Virus record (IMG/VR): IMGVR_UViG_3300020202_000063
Location: 34,579 to 98,578 of that record
DNA length: 64,000 nucleotides
Reading direction: 5' to 3' (one strand)
From: a virus
The notes beneath the pieces are model-generated. The model was not told the DNA's origin. It did not search any database and saw only the letters and a program-made list of their open reading frames with translations. A program made the position numbers and the translations under genes. Of this stretch, positions 46,449 through 55,380 are shown piece after piece (position 1 is the first letter of the stretch; every line of letters begins with the position of its first letter).

Positions 46449-47270
46449 ATGAAGAAAGAATACTTTTATGATACGACAATTTTTAAACAGATTGATTCCC
46501 CAGAAAAAGCTTACTGGCTTGGCTTTCTGTATGCGGATGGAAATTTATTGGGAAGACGGGTGTCAGTTGGCCTTGCAAATTTAGATGCCGAACACGTCGA
46601 AAAATTCAAACGTTTTTTAGGAACAGATAAACCAATTGAGAAATACAAAAATAGTACGCACCTGCAATTCAACTCAAAAGAAATTTCTGATGACTTACGA
46701 GTATTGGGTCTATACGAAAGGAAGAGTTTAACAATACCGTTTCCGACAACAAGTATGGTGCCAGATAAATATTTGAATAGTTTTGTGTTGGGTTATTTTG
46801 ATGGAGATGGAACGATTTACAAATCGCGGCGGGTTCAATATAGTGTTAAGTTTATTGGTAGCAACACGTTTATTGATGGTTTAAAATCTTATCTTACTAC
46901 TAAGGGGTTTTTATTTCATGTTAGACGTATTAAGTCCGTTTCTGAACTTGTCACCACAGACAAAAAAAATATTAGAGAGTTTTATAAACTACTTTACTCA
47001 GATGGGATATATTGTCTACAAAGAAAGAAAGAAAAATTTGAAACTATGTTAACCGAAGTCAATTGGGAAAGAGTTGACCAACCGCGACATTCGCGATATA
47101 AATACGTTACATTAGATAGGCGACGGGGAAAATGGGTGGCAAGTCGCAAAATTAACCGTAAGACAAAATTTATTGGTTATTTCGATTCTGAAATCAACGC
47201 CCATCTCGCTGCCGTAGCTTATCAACCGGAATGTTTAGTATCACAGACCAAAATTCTATCGGAAGTATAA
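46449..47270 (+). CDS. Double-motif LAGLIDADG homing endonuclease with C-terminal AP2 domain
   Basis: YWLGFLYADG and FVLGYFDGDG; SRYKYV..GKWVA..IGYFDSEINAH AP2 motif. Confidence 0.85.
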   Translation: MKKEYFYDTTIFKQIDSPEKAYWLGFLYADGNLLGRRVSVGLANLDAEHVEKFKRFLGTDKPIEKYKNSTHLQFNSKEISDDLRVLGLYERKSLTIPFPTTSMVPDKYLNSFVLGYFDGDGTIYKSRRVQYSVKFIGSNTFIDGLKSYLTTKGFLFHVRRIKSVSELVTTDKKNIREFYKLLYSDGIYCLQRKKEKFETMLTEVNWERVDQPRHSRYKYVTLDRRRGKWVASRKINRKTKFIGYFDSEINAHLAAVAYQPECLVSQTKILSEV

Positions 47271-47634
47271 CATTTGATGGAATGGTGCTTCCGAAGAGTG
47301 GAGCAATGTCGCGTGGTGAATAGCCCGCTAAACCCGTTCCTATTTTCGTCACCAAGAATTTTTTATCTGGATGTTGCGCAGCATACCGAAGAAAGCGCGC
47401 AACTTTTATTTGAATTTTATCCAAAGATAAAACTCGTAACTTTCTATCCTTGGTCGAAATGCCATAAGATTGTCCTTGGGGTCCATCGCCAGTGCCCCAT
47501 ACAGCCCCGAATTTGTTGAGTGCGACCTTGGCGGCACCGGCTCCATGAAATCCCGATTCGTTGCTTCCGAAGATAAAGACTTCGTTATTAGCAAGTTGCG
47601 TAATATTATCTGGTGTATATTCAGTTGGATTCAT
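47194..47634 (-). CDS. Conserved phage protein (Macro-like, A1S_2505-type)
   Basis: NEVFIFGSN..G.HGAGAA..GPQGQSYGI.T..FLVTKIGTGLAGY. Confidence 0.7.
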   Translation of the reverse strand: MNPTEYTPDNITQLANNEVFIFGSNESGFHGAGAAKVALNKFGAVWGTGDGPQGQSYGISTKDRKLRVLSLDKIQIKVARFLRYAAQHPDKKFLVTKIGTGLAGYSPRDIAPLFGSTIPSNVILPIEFWSVILNIPVDKLRQRDGR

Positions 47635-47635
47635 A

Positions 47636-48115
47636 TTACAATCCCTCCACATTATGCGGCTTCCAATCTTCATTGGTTGGACTTAACCGTTTTAATTCAG
47701 CTTTCGCTTGTTTAAGTTCAAATTCCAATTCGATATTCTTTCTTATAATTTCGGTAGTCTTATCTTGGTCGTGCTTAGTTGCCTCACTATCATTAACAAA
47801 GAACATCCCATTGGAACACTTCATCCAAGCCATGCCCGAACGTCGCGCCGTCGCTTTAATTTCATCCTCTAATATCGTTCGTAAAGCCTCCTTAACGCCG
47901 AGTGTTTGAGTTGCTAGAATTTCAAAACGGGCGACAATCGCATCCAAATCAAATTCACCCGGTACGCGCTGATTATCGATATGCTTTGTTATCAGTAGTT
48001 CCGCTTCGTCAATTGCCTTCGTAACTTCCGCTTTGTTTTCGGCATGACCCGCTAATTCAACCCCCTTAGCGAGAATAGTGGCGGCTAACTTACGATTGGG
48101 ATTGGTGGGTTGCAT
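47636..48115 (-). CDS. Hypothetical protein
   Basis: 159 aa ORF. Confidence 0.6.
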   Translation of the reverse strand: MQPTNPNRKLAATILAKGVELAGHAENKAEVTKAIDEAELLITKHIDNQRVPGEFDLDAIVARFEILATQTLGVKEALRTILEDEIKATARRSGMAWMKCSNGMFFVNDSEATKHDQDKTTEIIRKNIELEFELKQAKAELKRLSPTNEDWKPHNVEGL

Positions 48116-48116
48116 A

Positions 48117-48254
48117 TTATTTAGCCGCGAAAGCCAAAAGAATTATACCGATTACAATCAGAACAATGACGCCAAGTATCCAAAGCAACGTTTTAATTGC
48201 ACCAACCGTAATAGCAATGGCGAGTAGAAGAAGGAAGATGAAGAATAGAGTCAT
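48117..48254 (-). CDS. 45-aa two-TM membrane peptide (not in ORF track)
   Basis: MTLFFIFLLLLAIAITVGAIKTLLWILGVIVLIVIGIILLAFAAK. Confidence 0.55.
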   Translation of the reverse strand: MTLFFIFLLLLAIAITVGAIKTLLWILGVIVLIVIGIILLAFAAK

Positions 48255-48499
48255 GTTATTTTGGTCCGGTTGTGTTTTTGTAAAGGGGCGCTGTCAACCA
48301 TGTTAGTAGTATTCCGAAGAATAAACAGAATGCAATCATTTCAATTAGCGAATTAAACATATTTTCAATCGTTTCTTATTAGATTTTGCCCAGCGCCACA
48401 AAAACCATAGGTTGCCGATGCACCACGAAGGCATTTTTAAAGGCGAATAGATTGCTAAATTTTCAACACTTAATTTGAGTTGTAAACAATGCGACCGCT

Positions 48500-48781
48500 T
48501 CATTTCTTTCTGTCGGCGCAATACTTACAATTCCCTTTATGCGTGAAACTATGGGAGAAATTACTTGCCACCCCAACACTATATTCACTTACAACATATT
48601 CACAACCGTCATACTCCAATACTTTGATGGAGTAACCGTCCAACTTAGTTGTTGGATAACTGGCGGCACCCAAACAAAGCAAGATGGCGGCAAACAAAAC
48701 TAAAGCGTGGTTTCTTTTCATAGTATTAAGCGCTGCCGTATCTATAGCTCTGGAATGCACCATCAGAAACATGGAACCCAA
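48500..48781 (-). CDS. Exported phage protein
   Basis: Signal peptide from MKRNHA; YDGCEYV..THKGNCKYC. Confidence 0.6.
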   Translation of the reverse strand: MGSMFLMVHSRAIDTAALNTMKRNHALVLFAAILLCLGAASYPTTKLDGYSIKVLEYDGCEYVVSEYSVGVASNFSHSFTHKGNCKYCADRKK

Positions 48782-48947
48782 GTTTTTCCAATTGTTTCTT
48801 ATCTTCGTCGCTTACTCTATCCGCCTCAATACAAACATGCATAACGTCATGTTCACAATGAGTTGGATAGGTAGGGTTGTCATATTTCCGGAAGATTTGT
48901 AGCGCGGCAATCAGCGCATCCAAACCCTTTAAATCGTTGTTGTTCAT
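48726..48947 (-). CDS. Conserved phage hypothetical protein
   Basis: PTHCEHD..L..LGF..F.S.RYGSA. Confidence 0.65.
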   Translation of the reverse strand: MNNNDLKGLDALIAALQIFRKYDNPTYPTHCEHDVMHVCIEADRVSDEDKKQLEKLGFHVSDGAFQSYRYGSA

Positions 48948-49468
48948 TTTGCAGAATCAATAATGGCGGCAATGTATTCGCGGGCTTTCTCCACACCCCA
49001 TGCATGGATATATTTATCGCCCTTAGTCACTTCTTCTTTTGGAAATAGTTCCTGCGCCATCTTTGCCTTCTCAATCGCTTCCCAATCGATATTAATAACG
49101 CGCTTCCTCCAACCAATTGTAATCCGACCAACTATTGTTGTAACTACAAACCAAGGGAGGTGTGCACAACACCAGCTTGAACAATATCCATTTGGAATTT
49201 CTTCGACGAAAATTAGGTTGGGAAATAAGCTTATAATTTGCTCACGTTCCAACGTCCTACGTTTTTGTGCCCTCTCATCCTGCTTAATCGCTTCTATCAT
49301 TAGGGCGCGCTCTAGAATCGAAGACGCCTCATTTGCCGCCCTTTGTATCGCTTCATTCTCTGGGGCGTCAGGGAAATAAGCAGGCGGCGCGATTTCAATC
49401 TTTACGCCCCAACTTCCATATGTACCCATACTTTGATTGCAATACAGAGGTTTAAATTGTAGGTTCAT
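48944..49468 (-). CDS. Hypothetical protein
   Basis: 174 aa; IPNGYC..PWF..IGWRKRVINIDW. Confidence 0.7.
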   Translation of the reverse strand: MNLQFKPLYCNQSMGTYGSWGVKIEIAPPAYFPDAPENEAIQRAANEASSILERALMIEAIKQDERAQKRRTLEREQIISLFPNLIFVEEIPNGYCSSWCCAHLPWFVVTTIVGRITIGWRKRVINIDWEAIEKAKMAQELFPKEEVTKGDKYIHAWGVEKAREYIAAIIDSAK

Positions 49469-49518
49469 AACGTTATTTTGTGTGTTCTTCCCAAGTCCCT
49501 ATTTTCGAAAAAAACGTT

Positions 49519-49968
49519 TCATTCTAACTGGCCCAGATTCCCCATCACACCCTTTTCGATTGCTGTGTGACAGGTTATTAAAGTCATCGCATCGTAACTA
49601 AGCTTACTTTTGTGGCGCCTATAAGCCTCAGTTAGAAAGTCTTCTACCTCCTTACTGAACGCTTCGGCGGCGGGCGTATAACAATCACTTTTACCCGGCA
49701 AACGAATTTCGCTTTGTGTTGTGGGTTGTTTGTGTGTCCTTACTCCCCCAATCGTATGTAGGAACTTGTCTTTATACTCGGGATGGTCAAGCAATACCTC
49801 ACAATCGCACAATAGCTGCCCCTTGTAAGCTCGAAAACTACAATCCTCCCGATGGTCTTCAACAGGAGCCTTAGCCGAAATCTCCCAAGCCCGTGAAATA
49901 TCGACGCTCATAGGTCCATATCGATTGAGGTTCGGATGTGACGTGAATCGGTGAGAGTATAGGTCCAA
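49519..49968 (-). CDS. Hypothetical protein
   Basis: Start probably MSVDIS. Confidence 0.55.
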   Translation of the reverse strand: MDLYSHRFTSHPNLNRYGPMSVDISRAWEISAKAPVEDHREDCSFRAYKGQLLCDCEVLLDHPEYKDKFLHTIGGVRTHKQPTTQSEIRLPGKSDCYTPAAEAFSKEVEDFLTEAYRRHKSKLSYDAMTLITCHTAIEKGVMGNLGQLE

Positions 49969-50108
49969 ACCTGATTTGCGTCCAACTTATTACCGTCCTT
50001 ATCAACGATAAACTCGATATCGTGTAAATCCCAAATCCGGAGAAAAGCCAATCCTTTTTCCAGACTGGCTTCTCTCGTCCGCCGGAACTCGCAGAGTTGA
50101 ACTTTCAT
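49908..50108 (-). CDS. Hypothetical protein
   Basis: ORF with upstream TTGACT promoter-like sequence. Confidence 0.55.
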   Translation of the reverse strand: MKVQLCEFRRTREASLEKGLAFLRIWDLHDIEFIVDKDGNKLDANQVWTYTLTDSRHIRTSIDMDL

Positions 50109-50397
50109 ACGCGTAATACAAAACTACGCGCTATGCAAAGTCAAGATTTATTTTCGCTTTTGTAATACCTTTGCAATCTTTTCTCTATGTCATCCGACGA
50201 CACAGAACCTATCTCATCGTAAAATATTGCCCTGAACCAATGGATTAGTTCTTCCAATCCGTATTTGGCTGCCCGCCTCTTAATAAGCCAGTCGTAATCT
50301 CTAATTATAGTGTCAATTTTATCCATTATAATGGCAAAAGCCACGTTGGGGTTATAACCCAATCGTGGCTCTTGTTGAAGGATTAGAGAAGTCTGGA

Positions 50398-50883
50398 TTA
50401 CTTGCGAGCACGAACAAGGCCCGCACCCTTCTTGATGTTTTGCGCGGTTGGAGCGGAGATATTCCACTTGGCGCAAATGTCGTCTTTAGACAACTTGCCG
50501 CCACGGAAATCTTCCACGATTTTGGCCCGCATCTCGGGTGTGATAGTGACACGAGCCTTGCGGTTGGACCGACGCGCTTGCGCGTTGCGTGCGCCGTTCG
50601 TGCGATTGGTGACGGATGCGCGACCCCGATTATTACCGAGCACATTACCGATTCCGTGAACTTCCACAAAATTGCGGACGAATTCCGAACTATCGGTATA
50701 ACCAAGACGCTGCGGCAGTTCCTTCAATTCCTGCATACGCGCAGCCTGAATTTCCTGCGCCAAGGTCGCCTCACGCTGACGGAGTTGTTCAAATTCTTGA
50801 ACTTTTGCAGCTACAGAATTGAACGAAACGGCGGGCATAGATGCCCCCGTGGGAGTGTTAACATTAGCGGTTGCGGTACTCAT
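50398..50883 (-). CDS. Coiled-coil + HTH DNA-binding protein (paralogue B)
   Basis: ELKELPQRLGY..RVTITPEMRAKI..NISAPTAQNIKKGAGLV. Confidence 0.75.
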   Translation of the reverse strand: MSTATANVNTPTGASMPAVSFNSVAAKVQEFEQLRQREATLAQEIQAARMQELKELPQRLGYTDSSEFVRNFVEVHGIGNVLGNNRGRASVTNRTNGARNAQARRSNRKARVTITPEMRAKIVEDFRGGKLSKDDICAKWNISAPTAQNIKKGAGLVRARK

Positions 50884-51039
50884 TGGGTTTTGTCCTTTTC
50901 TTTTTGGTTGTTTTGTTACGTCCGAATTGAAGCTATCGAACGTGTCTACCTTACCAGTACAGCATTTATTTGACAATAGGTAAAAAATTTAAATAGGCAT
51001 CGGGAAAATCCCTAGTAACAAATGTAATATGCACGAAAA

Positions 51040-51276
51040 TCATTCGGTACCATCTTCTACTAGCGCAAATTCACCGACACGTACAATATCTTTAACCCCT
51101 TCATTCTCAACAAATACTGCTTCGCGCGTACACACTAAAACGAACCATGTACCACCGATACAGAAGCGACCGGTAGAATCCCATTCACTGATGTCGAAAT
51201 TTGATTCGTGCACCAGTGTGATTGCTTGCTCTAATGAGAGAGCATCACTTACCCACAGTGGAATTTCCTGATTCAT
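51040..51276 (-). CDS. Hypothetical protein
   Basis: ORF packing. Confidence 0.5.
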   Translation of the reverse strand: MNQEIPLWVSDALSLEQAITLVHESNFDISEWDSTGRFCIGGTWFVLVCTREAVFVENEGVKDIVRVGEFALVEDGTE

Positions 51277-51451
51277 CGAGTGTGAGAAGCTTGTTAAGTT
51301 CTACTGAACAGGTACTAATGGCGCGAAGCACATCCTCCCTATTCACGATAACAATTCTTACAGCAGTGGTAGGATTCACGCAACATTGTTTTTTAAGGGC
51401 GACCCACAATAATTCCGTAAGAGCCTCATTATCAGTGACGTTGCGTCCCAT
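51245..51451 (-). CDS. Hypothetical protein
   Basis: ORF packing. Confidence 0.45.
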   Translation of the reverse strand: MGRNVTDNEALTELLWVALKKQCCVNPTTAVRIVIVNREDVLRAISTCSVELNKLLTLDESGNSTVGK

Positions 51452-51752
51452 AAATTTTTTCCACGTCTGTCAATAGCTTGGTTATGTTCCGGTAGAGGGA
51501 AAGGAATAAAGGAATCTGTTTTTCTTTTCCACGCGTGTTTTTCACCCGGTCGAAAACCTCCAAACCACCTTCAACCAACGCGCCGCCGTAATGACAGAGC
51601 CAAACGTACTGAAATTGTCCTTGAAATTCGCGGGAGACGTAGACAAGACCATCCACCACAGAGCCGATATCGCGCACTTGGTCAGCATCCTTAAAGCCGC
51701 GCGCGTACAGGTCTGCAACTACTCCTCGTTCTCTTGGTAGGAATCCTTCCAT
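51432..51752 (-). CDS. Hypothetical protein
   Basis: ORF packing. Confidence 0.55.
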   Translation of the reverse strand: MEGFLPRERGVVADLYARGFKDADQVRDIGSVVDGLVYVSREFQGQFQYVWLCHYGGALVEGGLEVFDRVKNTRGKEKQIPLFLSLYRNITKLLTDVEKIYGTQRH

Positions 51753-52084
51753 ATGTCATCCGATTTCTTTTGTGATTGTTCGTAACGGTACTCCAATAGG
51801 GGACGGAACTTATGCGCCGACCAAAAACACTCTAGTGGCGCATGCTTCTTTCCTTCGTATTCTACCCGATAAGTGGGCTTACCTACAATCTTGTAGGCAT
51901 AAAGTTTTCCATTATGAAAGATGCGTTCTTCAATAGCGTATACTTGATTGACAATACATGCGCCATTAGGGTTCCAGAAGTTAGAGTCTGAACCACCTTC
52001 AACGCATACAACTCGCTCATTTAGGGCATCATTCATGGTTTTTCCTTCGTGTGAAGACTGACATTGCAAAATGCGACCGGTCAA
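51719..52084 (-). CDS. Hypothetical protein
   Basis: RVVCV..FRPL pattern. Confidence 0.55.
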   Translation of the reverse strand: MTGRILQCQSSHEGKTMNDALNERVVCVEGGSDSNFWNPNGACIVNQVYAIEERIFHNGKLYAYKIVGKPTYRVEYEGKKHAPLECFWSAHKFRPLLEYRYEQSQKKSDDIWKDSYQENEE

Positions 52085-52551
52085 GAAAATTCTTTTATAA
52101 CTGCAATATGATGGCGAGCGCGCTCCGGTAACTGGTTAAACCAGAGTGAGTTTTCTAATTCTTTTGCCGCCATTGCGTAATCGCCACGTTCCATTGCGGC
52201 GCGAAATTTTACAAATTTTTCAAATCCTTTGTCGCCTACGTTGTAGGCCAGACTGATAAGAACCAAACGGATTTTCTCCGGGTGGGAATAAAACGATTGG
52301 ATTTTTCGTTGCGCCGCCCGCTTTGCGCGTTCTACATCTGATACGAAAAGCGCCAATACTTCCTCATCAGTATACTCGCGAATAGGTTCTCCAACAACAA
52401 ACTTATGCCCAATTCCAACGTGCCATACACCATTCAATCTATAAGGGGTTGTCTTATAACCCTCGAACCTAACGAGGAAATCGAAACACGTTGTGTTACA
52501 CTGTCCAAATGTCGCTGAGACCAGACAACAAAACAAGAGTAGTTTCTTCAT
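52081..52551 (-). CDS. GH24 T4-type lysozyme/endolysin with N-terminal signal peptide
   Basis: FEG..PY..G.W.VGIGH; SLAYNVG; SLWFNQLPERA aligns to T4 lysozyme SRWYNQTPNRA. Confidence 0.88.
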   Translation of the reverse strand: MKKLLLFCCLVSATFGQCNTTCFDFLVRFEGYKTTPYRLNGVWHVGIGHKFVVGEPIREYTDEEVLALFVSDVERAKRAAQRKIQSFYSHPEKIRLVLISLAYNVGDKGFEKFVKFRAAMERGDYAMAAKELENSLWFNQLPERARHHIAVIKEFS

Positions 52552-52659
52552 TCAGCGTTTTCGTTTTCGCTTGTTAGTCAACGGGTTACGTTCTTGCCTA
52601 TTCTCCGTGAGAACAAGTAGCTTAGTGCGCTTTATAACTGTTTTTCGCTTCGTTCTCAC
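52552..52659 (-). CDS. 35-aa Arg/Lys-rich peptide (not in ORF track)
   Basis: GTG start right after GTGTAA motif; stop abuts lysozyme ATG. Confidence 0.4.
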   Translation of the reverse strand: MRTKRKTVIKRTKLLVLTENRQERNPLTNKRKRKR

Positions 52660-52794
52660 GTGTATAGTTACACGTGTGAATCGACTCGTTAGACTGTTTT
52701 TGGAATATCGTTATCGTATTCGTTCGTTGTAAGGGTGAGCACAATCGAATAGAAAACAAACAAAAAGAGGTCAGCGATAAATTGGCCGCATTCT

Positions 52795-53214
52795 TTAATC
52801 TTCGTTTTCATAAACTTTAACAATGCGGGCGCGACGCCAAACTTCACCCTTCCATCCCATCGCCCAACAAGAAAATCGCCAACCATAATAACCAGCACCT
52901 AAGAACCCAGAAACACGAATTTTTACAATACACAATATCTCCCCATGCCGATGACCCATTTGTTTCAATGCGTGTTTTGCCTTATTCAGTGTAGTAAAGA
53001 CGTGAATACCCCCACCATGGGTAAATACCTCACTCATCTCTTCGGGTTTATAAGCCGGAAAATCCTTGGGTAGTTCCAACTTCTTATCCGTCCATTGTGT
53101 ATTACGATATGGGGAATAGAATTTTGTCTTACCACGGTCCTTATAAATATGGAGAATCTTATAACGGAATGGACTTTTGCTATGTGGTACAGTTTGGGTA
53201 ACAGAAAGACACAT
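52795..53214 (-). CDS. Hypothetical protein
   Basis: MCL..YK..FYSPY..GIHVF pattern. Confidence 0.65.
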   Translation of the reverse strand: MCLSVTQTVPHSKSPFRYKILHIYKDRGKTKFYSPYRNTQWTDKKLELPKDFPAYKPEEMSEVFTHGGGIHVFTTLNKAKHALKQMGHRHGEILCIVKIRVSGFLGAGYYGWRFSCWAMGWKGEVWRRARIVKVYENED

Positions 53215-53218
53215 ATAA

Positions 53219-53431
53219 TTATTCCTTTTTATATTTCGGCTCGCTATCGAATAAATCGGGGTCCAGTTTCATAGCTAACTCGGTAATATCATTAGCTTCC
53301 TTTTCGGCCATGCCCTCAAGAGTTGACTTCACCGCGCGCATTTGACTAAGAAGTTCCTGCGCCTTTGCTAATCGTTGCTCTGGTGTCATATTTGTTATCT
53401 TTCCGTGAAATACCTGACAAGCGCAACACAT
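53219..53431 (-). CDS. Hypothetical protein
   Basis: Start probably MTPEQR. Confidence 0.5.
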   Translation of the reverse strand: MCCACQVFHGKITNMTPEQRLAKAQELLSQMRAVKSTLEGMAEKEANDITELAMKLDPDLFDSEPKYKKE

Positions 53432-53652
53432 GCACTTTTTAATGCTTTTTGCTTATTGTCTTGTGGCTCTCCCCTGATTACAGTGCCAAAAGCTGGCAAA
53501 TCGACAAATATATATAGGTGTTTACCCTGAGCCTCTTGATAAGCGATTGGAATATTAGCCCGTCGTGCTGCCATGCAGACATAGCCGCAAAACTCCATAT
53601 CGGAAAGTTGCCACTCCTGTACTTTGTCTTGCGGCTTTGCTGCTGTTTCCAT
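53395..53652 (-). CDS. Hypothetical protein
   Basis: TAATG-coupled ORF. Confidence 0.55.
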   Translation of the reverse strand: METAAKPQDKVQEWQLSDMEFCGYVCMAARRANIPIAYQEAQGKHLYIFVDLPAFGTVIRGEPQDNKQKALKSACVALVRYFTER

Positions 53653-53999
53653 TAGATTACACCATCCTTACGAAGACGACCAAGGCAAATACGAATGCCG
53701 AGACGACGGTTAAATGCATCCTTTCGATTACACTGTGCGGCGCGAACCTCAGTCGTACCACCGTTTGGTGCGGTGATTTCAACTTCAGTCAAACCACCCT
53801 TGGCATCGACATAACCATATTTTCTATTGCGCTTATCCTCCTTCGTCAGACGTTCCAACGTGGGAACGGTCGGGGCAACGTGAGTTGCAATCAATTTGGT
53901 CGAAGGAATAGATGGGTTGCGCGAAGCAACGTACCGATAATGATTGATACGGACCTTGTAACCCTGTTTACGCAGTTCGTGAATTGTAGGTAGGTTCAT
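53652..53999 (-). CDS. Conserved phage hypothetical protein
   Basis: GG.T.VEI..A.C...DAFNRRLG..I.LGR. Confidence 0.65.
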   Translation of the reverse strand: MNLPTIHELRKQGYKVRINHYRYVASRNPSIPSTKLIATHVAPTVPTLERLTKEDKRNRKYGYVDAKGGLTEVEITAPNGGTTEVRAAQCNRKDAFNRRLGIRICLGRLRKDGVI

Positions 54000-54011
54000 T
54001 GTTATTTAGTT

Positions 54012-54590
54012 TTATGCAATAAGGTTGAAAGTGATAGCGAGACCAATGAGAAAGGTTGCCAATGTACTTAGAAATGCATACAATGCTCTCTCGCCAGTAT
54101 AATAATCATTATTTTTTACAATTTCGTATTTATACGTTCGATTCCAGAATGGGCCGCTCCGTTCAGCCACAACTCGGCGCTGAAGAACCATCTTATACAT
54201 AATAGACAGATATACGGAAATGAGAATTGCTAGCAACCCAAGTCCAATCGGAACGCATACTAGCCTATCGACAACATATCGTGTAATATCGAAGGCGTCG
54301 CGTCCTGCCACTTTCCAAGCAATAACTGCCATTGTAAAGCGACCCACATCCGTCTTGGAAAACTTCTCCGCATGGTCGGTGAGAGAAGTAAGACCAGCGT
54401 CCATAGCGGTGCCGACGTTCTTACCAAACTCGACCCATTCATTTGCTTTGGCAACGATGGGTGTGTTGTTAGTTGGCGCGGCAACCGTTTGGACTTTAAC
54501 AAGAACTTCTTGTGGTTGGTTTTGCTGTTGCTGACCGAAAACGGATGTAATAGCCGCGAACGCAAAGATTATAATAAAGATGTATTTCAT
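54012..54590 (-). CDS. Membrane protein with signal peptide
   Basis: Signal peptide; FSKTDVGRFTMAVIAWK; TM helices. Confidence 0.7.
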   Translation of the reverse strand: MKYIFIIIFAFAAITSVFGQQQQNQPQEVLVKVQTVAAPTNNTPIVAKANEWVEFGKNVGTAMDAGLTSLTDHAEKFSKTDVGRFTMAVIAWKVAGRDAFDITRYVVDRLVCVPIGLGLLAILISVYLSIMYKMVLQRRVVAERSGPFWNRTYKYEIVKNNDYYTGERALYAFLSTLATFLIGLAITFNLIA

Positions 54591-54615
54591 GAACGGAAAC
54601 TGAGGGATAAATTGC

Positions 54616-54945
54616 TTATGTCAAGCCGAAATCAGAATATTTCTTAGCCGCTTCCCGGTAACTTTCCACCGGATTAGGTAAGAGGCCGCGCGAGTGCATT
54701 TTCCGCCAAAATCCGATAGACGATTTAGTGGGCCAATTGATATCATACTCTATGCGATTATCTTTGAGCGCCTTTAAAAAAGCTGTTCCAGCGCCCAACT
54801 TGGGTTTTACCGTTCGAAGCGAAACGATTTCTATCTTACCGGGTTTATTAACAAAGCGCCCGTCGCGCACAGAACTATCAGGCGCAAGCAAACCGTGCTC
54901 AACAAACTGTCGCAATATTGTTCGGGCGAGATTAAGATTTGTCAT
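54616..54945 (-). CDS. GNAT acetyltransferase-like protein
   Basis: KLGAGTAFLKAL..SSIGFWRKM. Confidence 0.45.
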   Translation of the reverse strand: MTNLNLARTILRQFVEHGLLAPDSSVRDGRFVNKPGKIEIVSLRTVKPKLGAGTAFLKALKDNRIEYDINWPTKSSIGFWRKMHSRGLLPNPVESYREAAKKYSDFGLT

Positions 54946-55370
54946 CCTACTTTATACAACACTGCCGTCTTGCCACGCTGCCCTTCACTGCGAGCGGCCA
55001 AACCCGCTTCAACACAATGCTCCTTAACCCAATTATAAGCGTAGGGTTGAGGAATTCCATTTACTTCGGCTAATTCCTTAATTGTAAATACATCCCCCGG
55101 AACCTTGATATCGTTCATCTTGGCGGTATAAGTGCCGCGCGATACACGTGGCAATGCAACTACAACATTCGCATCTTTCGATACAATCTCTTCTCGATGG
55201 AGTCGAGCGGGAGAGCGCCCACTTATAACTGTGAAAGGGGTTAGAGTGCCCCCGGTTACAGTCACGCCACAATCGGAAATACGTTCAATTTTAAGGTTTT
55301 GCATTTCTGCAATACCATTAATATCGACTCGTTGACCCTCTTTAAATGTATTTAGGTCTCGGTATTCCAT
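54942..55370 (-). CDS. Protein with C-terminal winged HTH
   Basis: FTIKELAEVNGI..AYNWV..RGKTAVLYK; start MEYRDL. Confidence 0.6.
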   Translation of the reverse strand: MEYRDLNTFKEGQRVDINGIAEMQNLKIERISDCGVTVTGGTLTPFTVISGRSPARLHREEIVSKDANVVVALPRVSRGTYTAKMNDIKVPGDVFTIKELAEVNGIPQPYAYNWVKEHCVEAGLAARSEGQRGKTAVLYKVG

Positions 55371-55380
55371 GATAAAAAAA

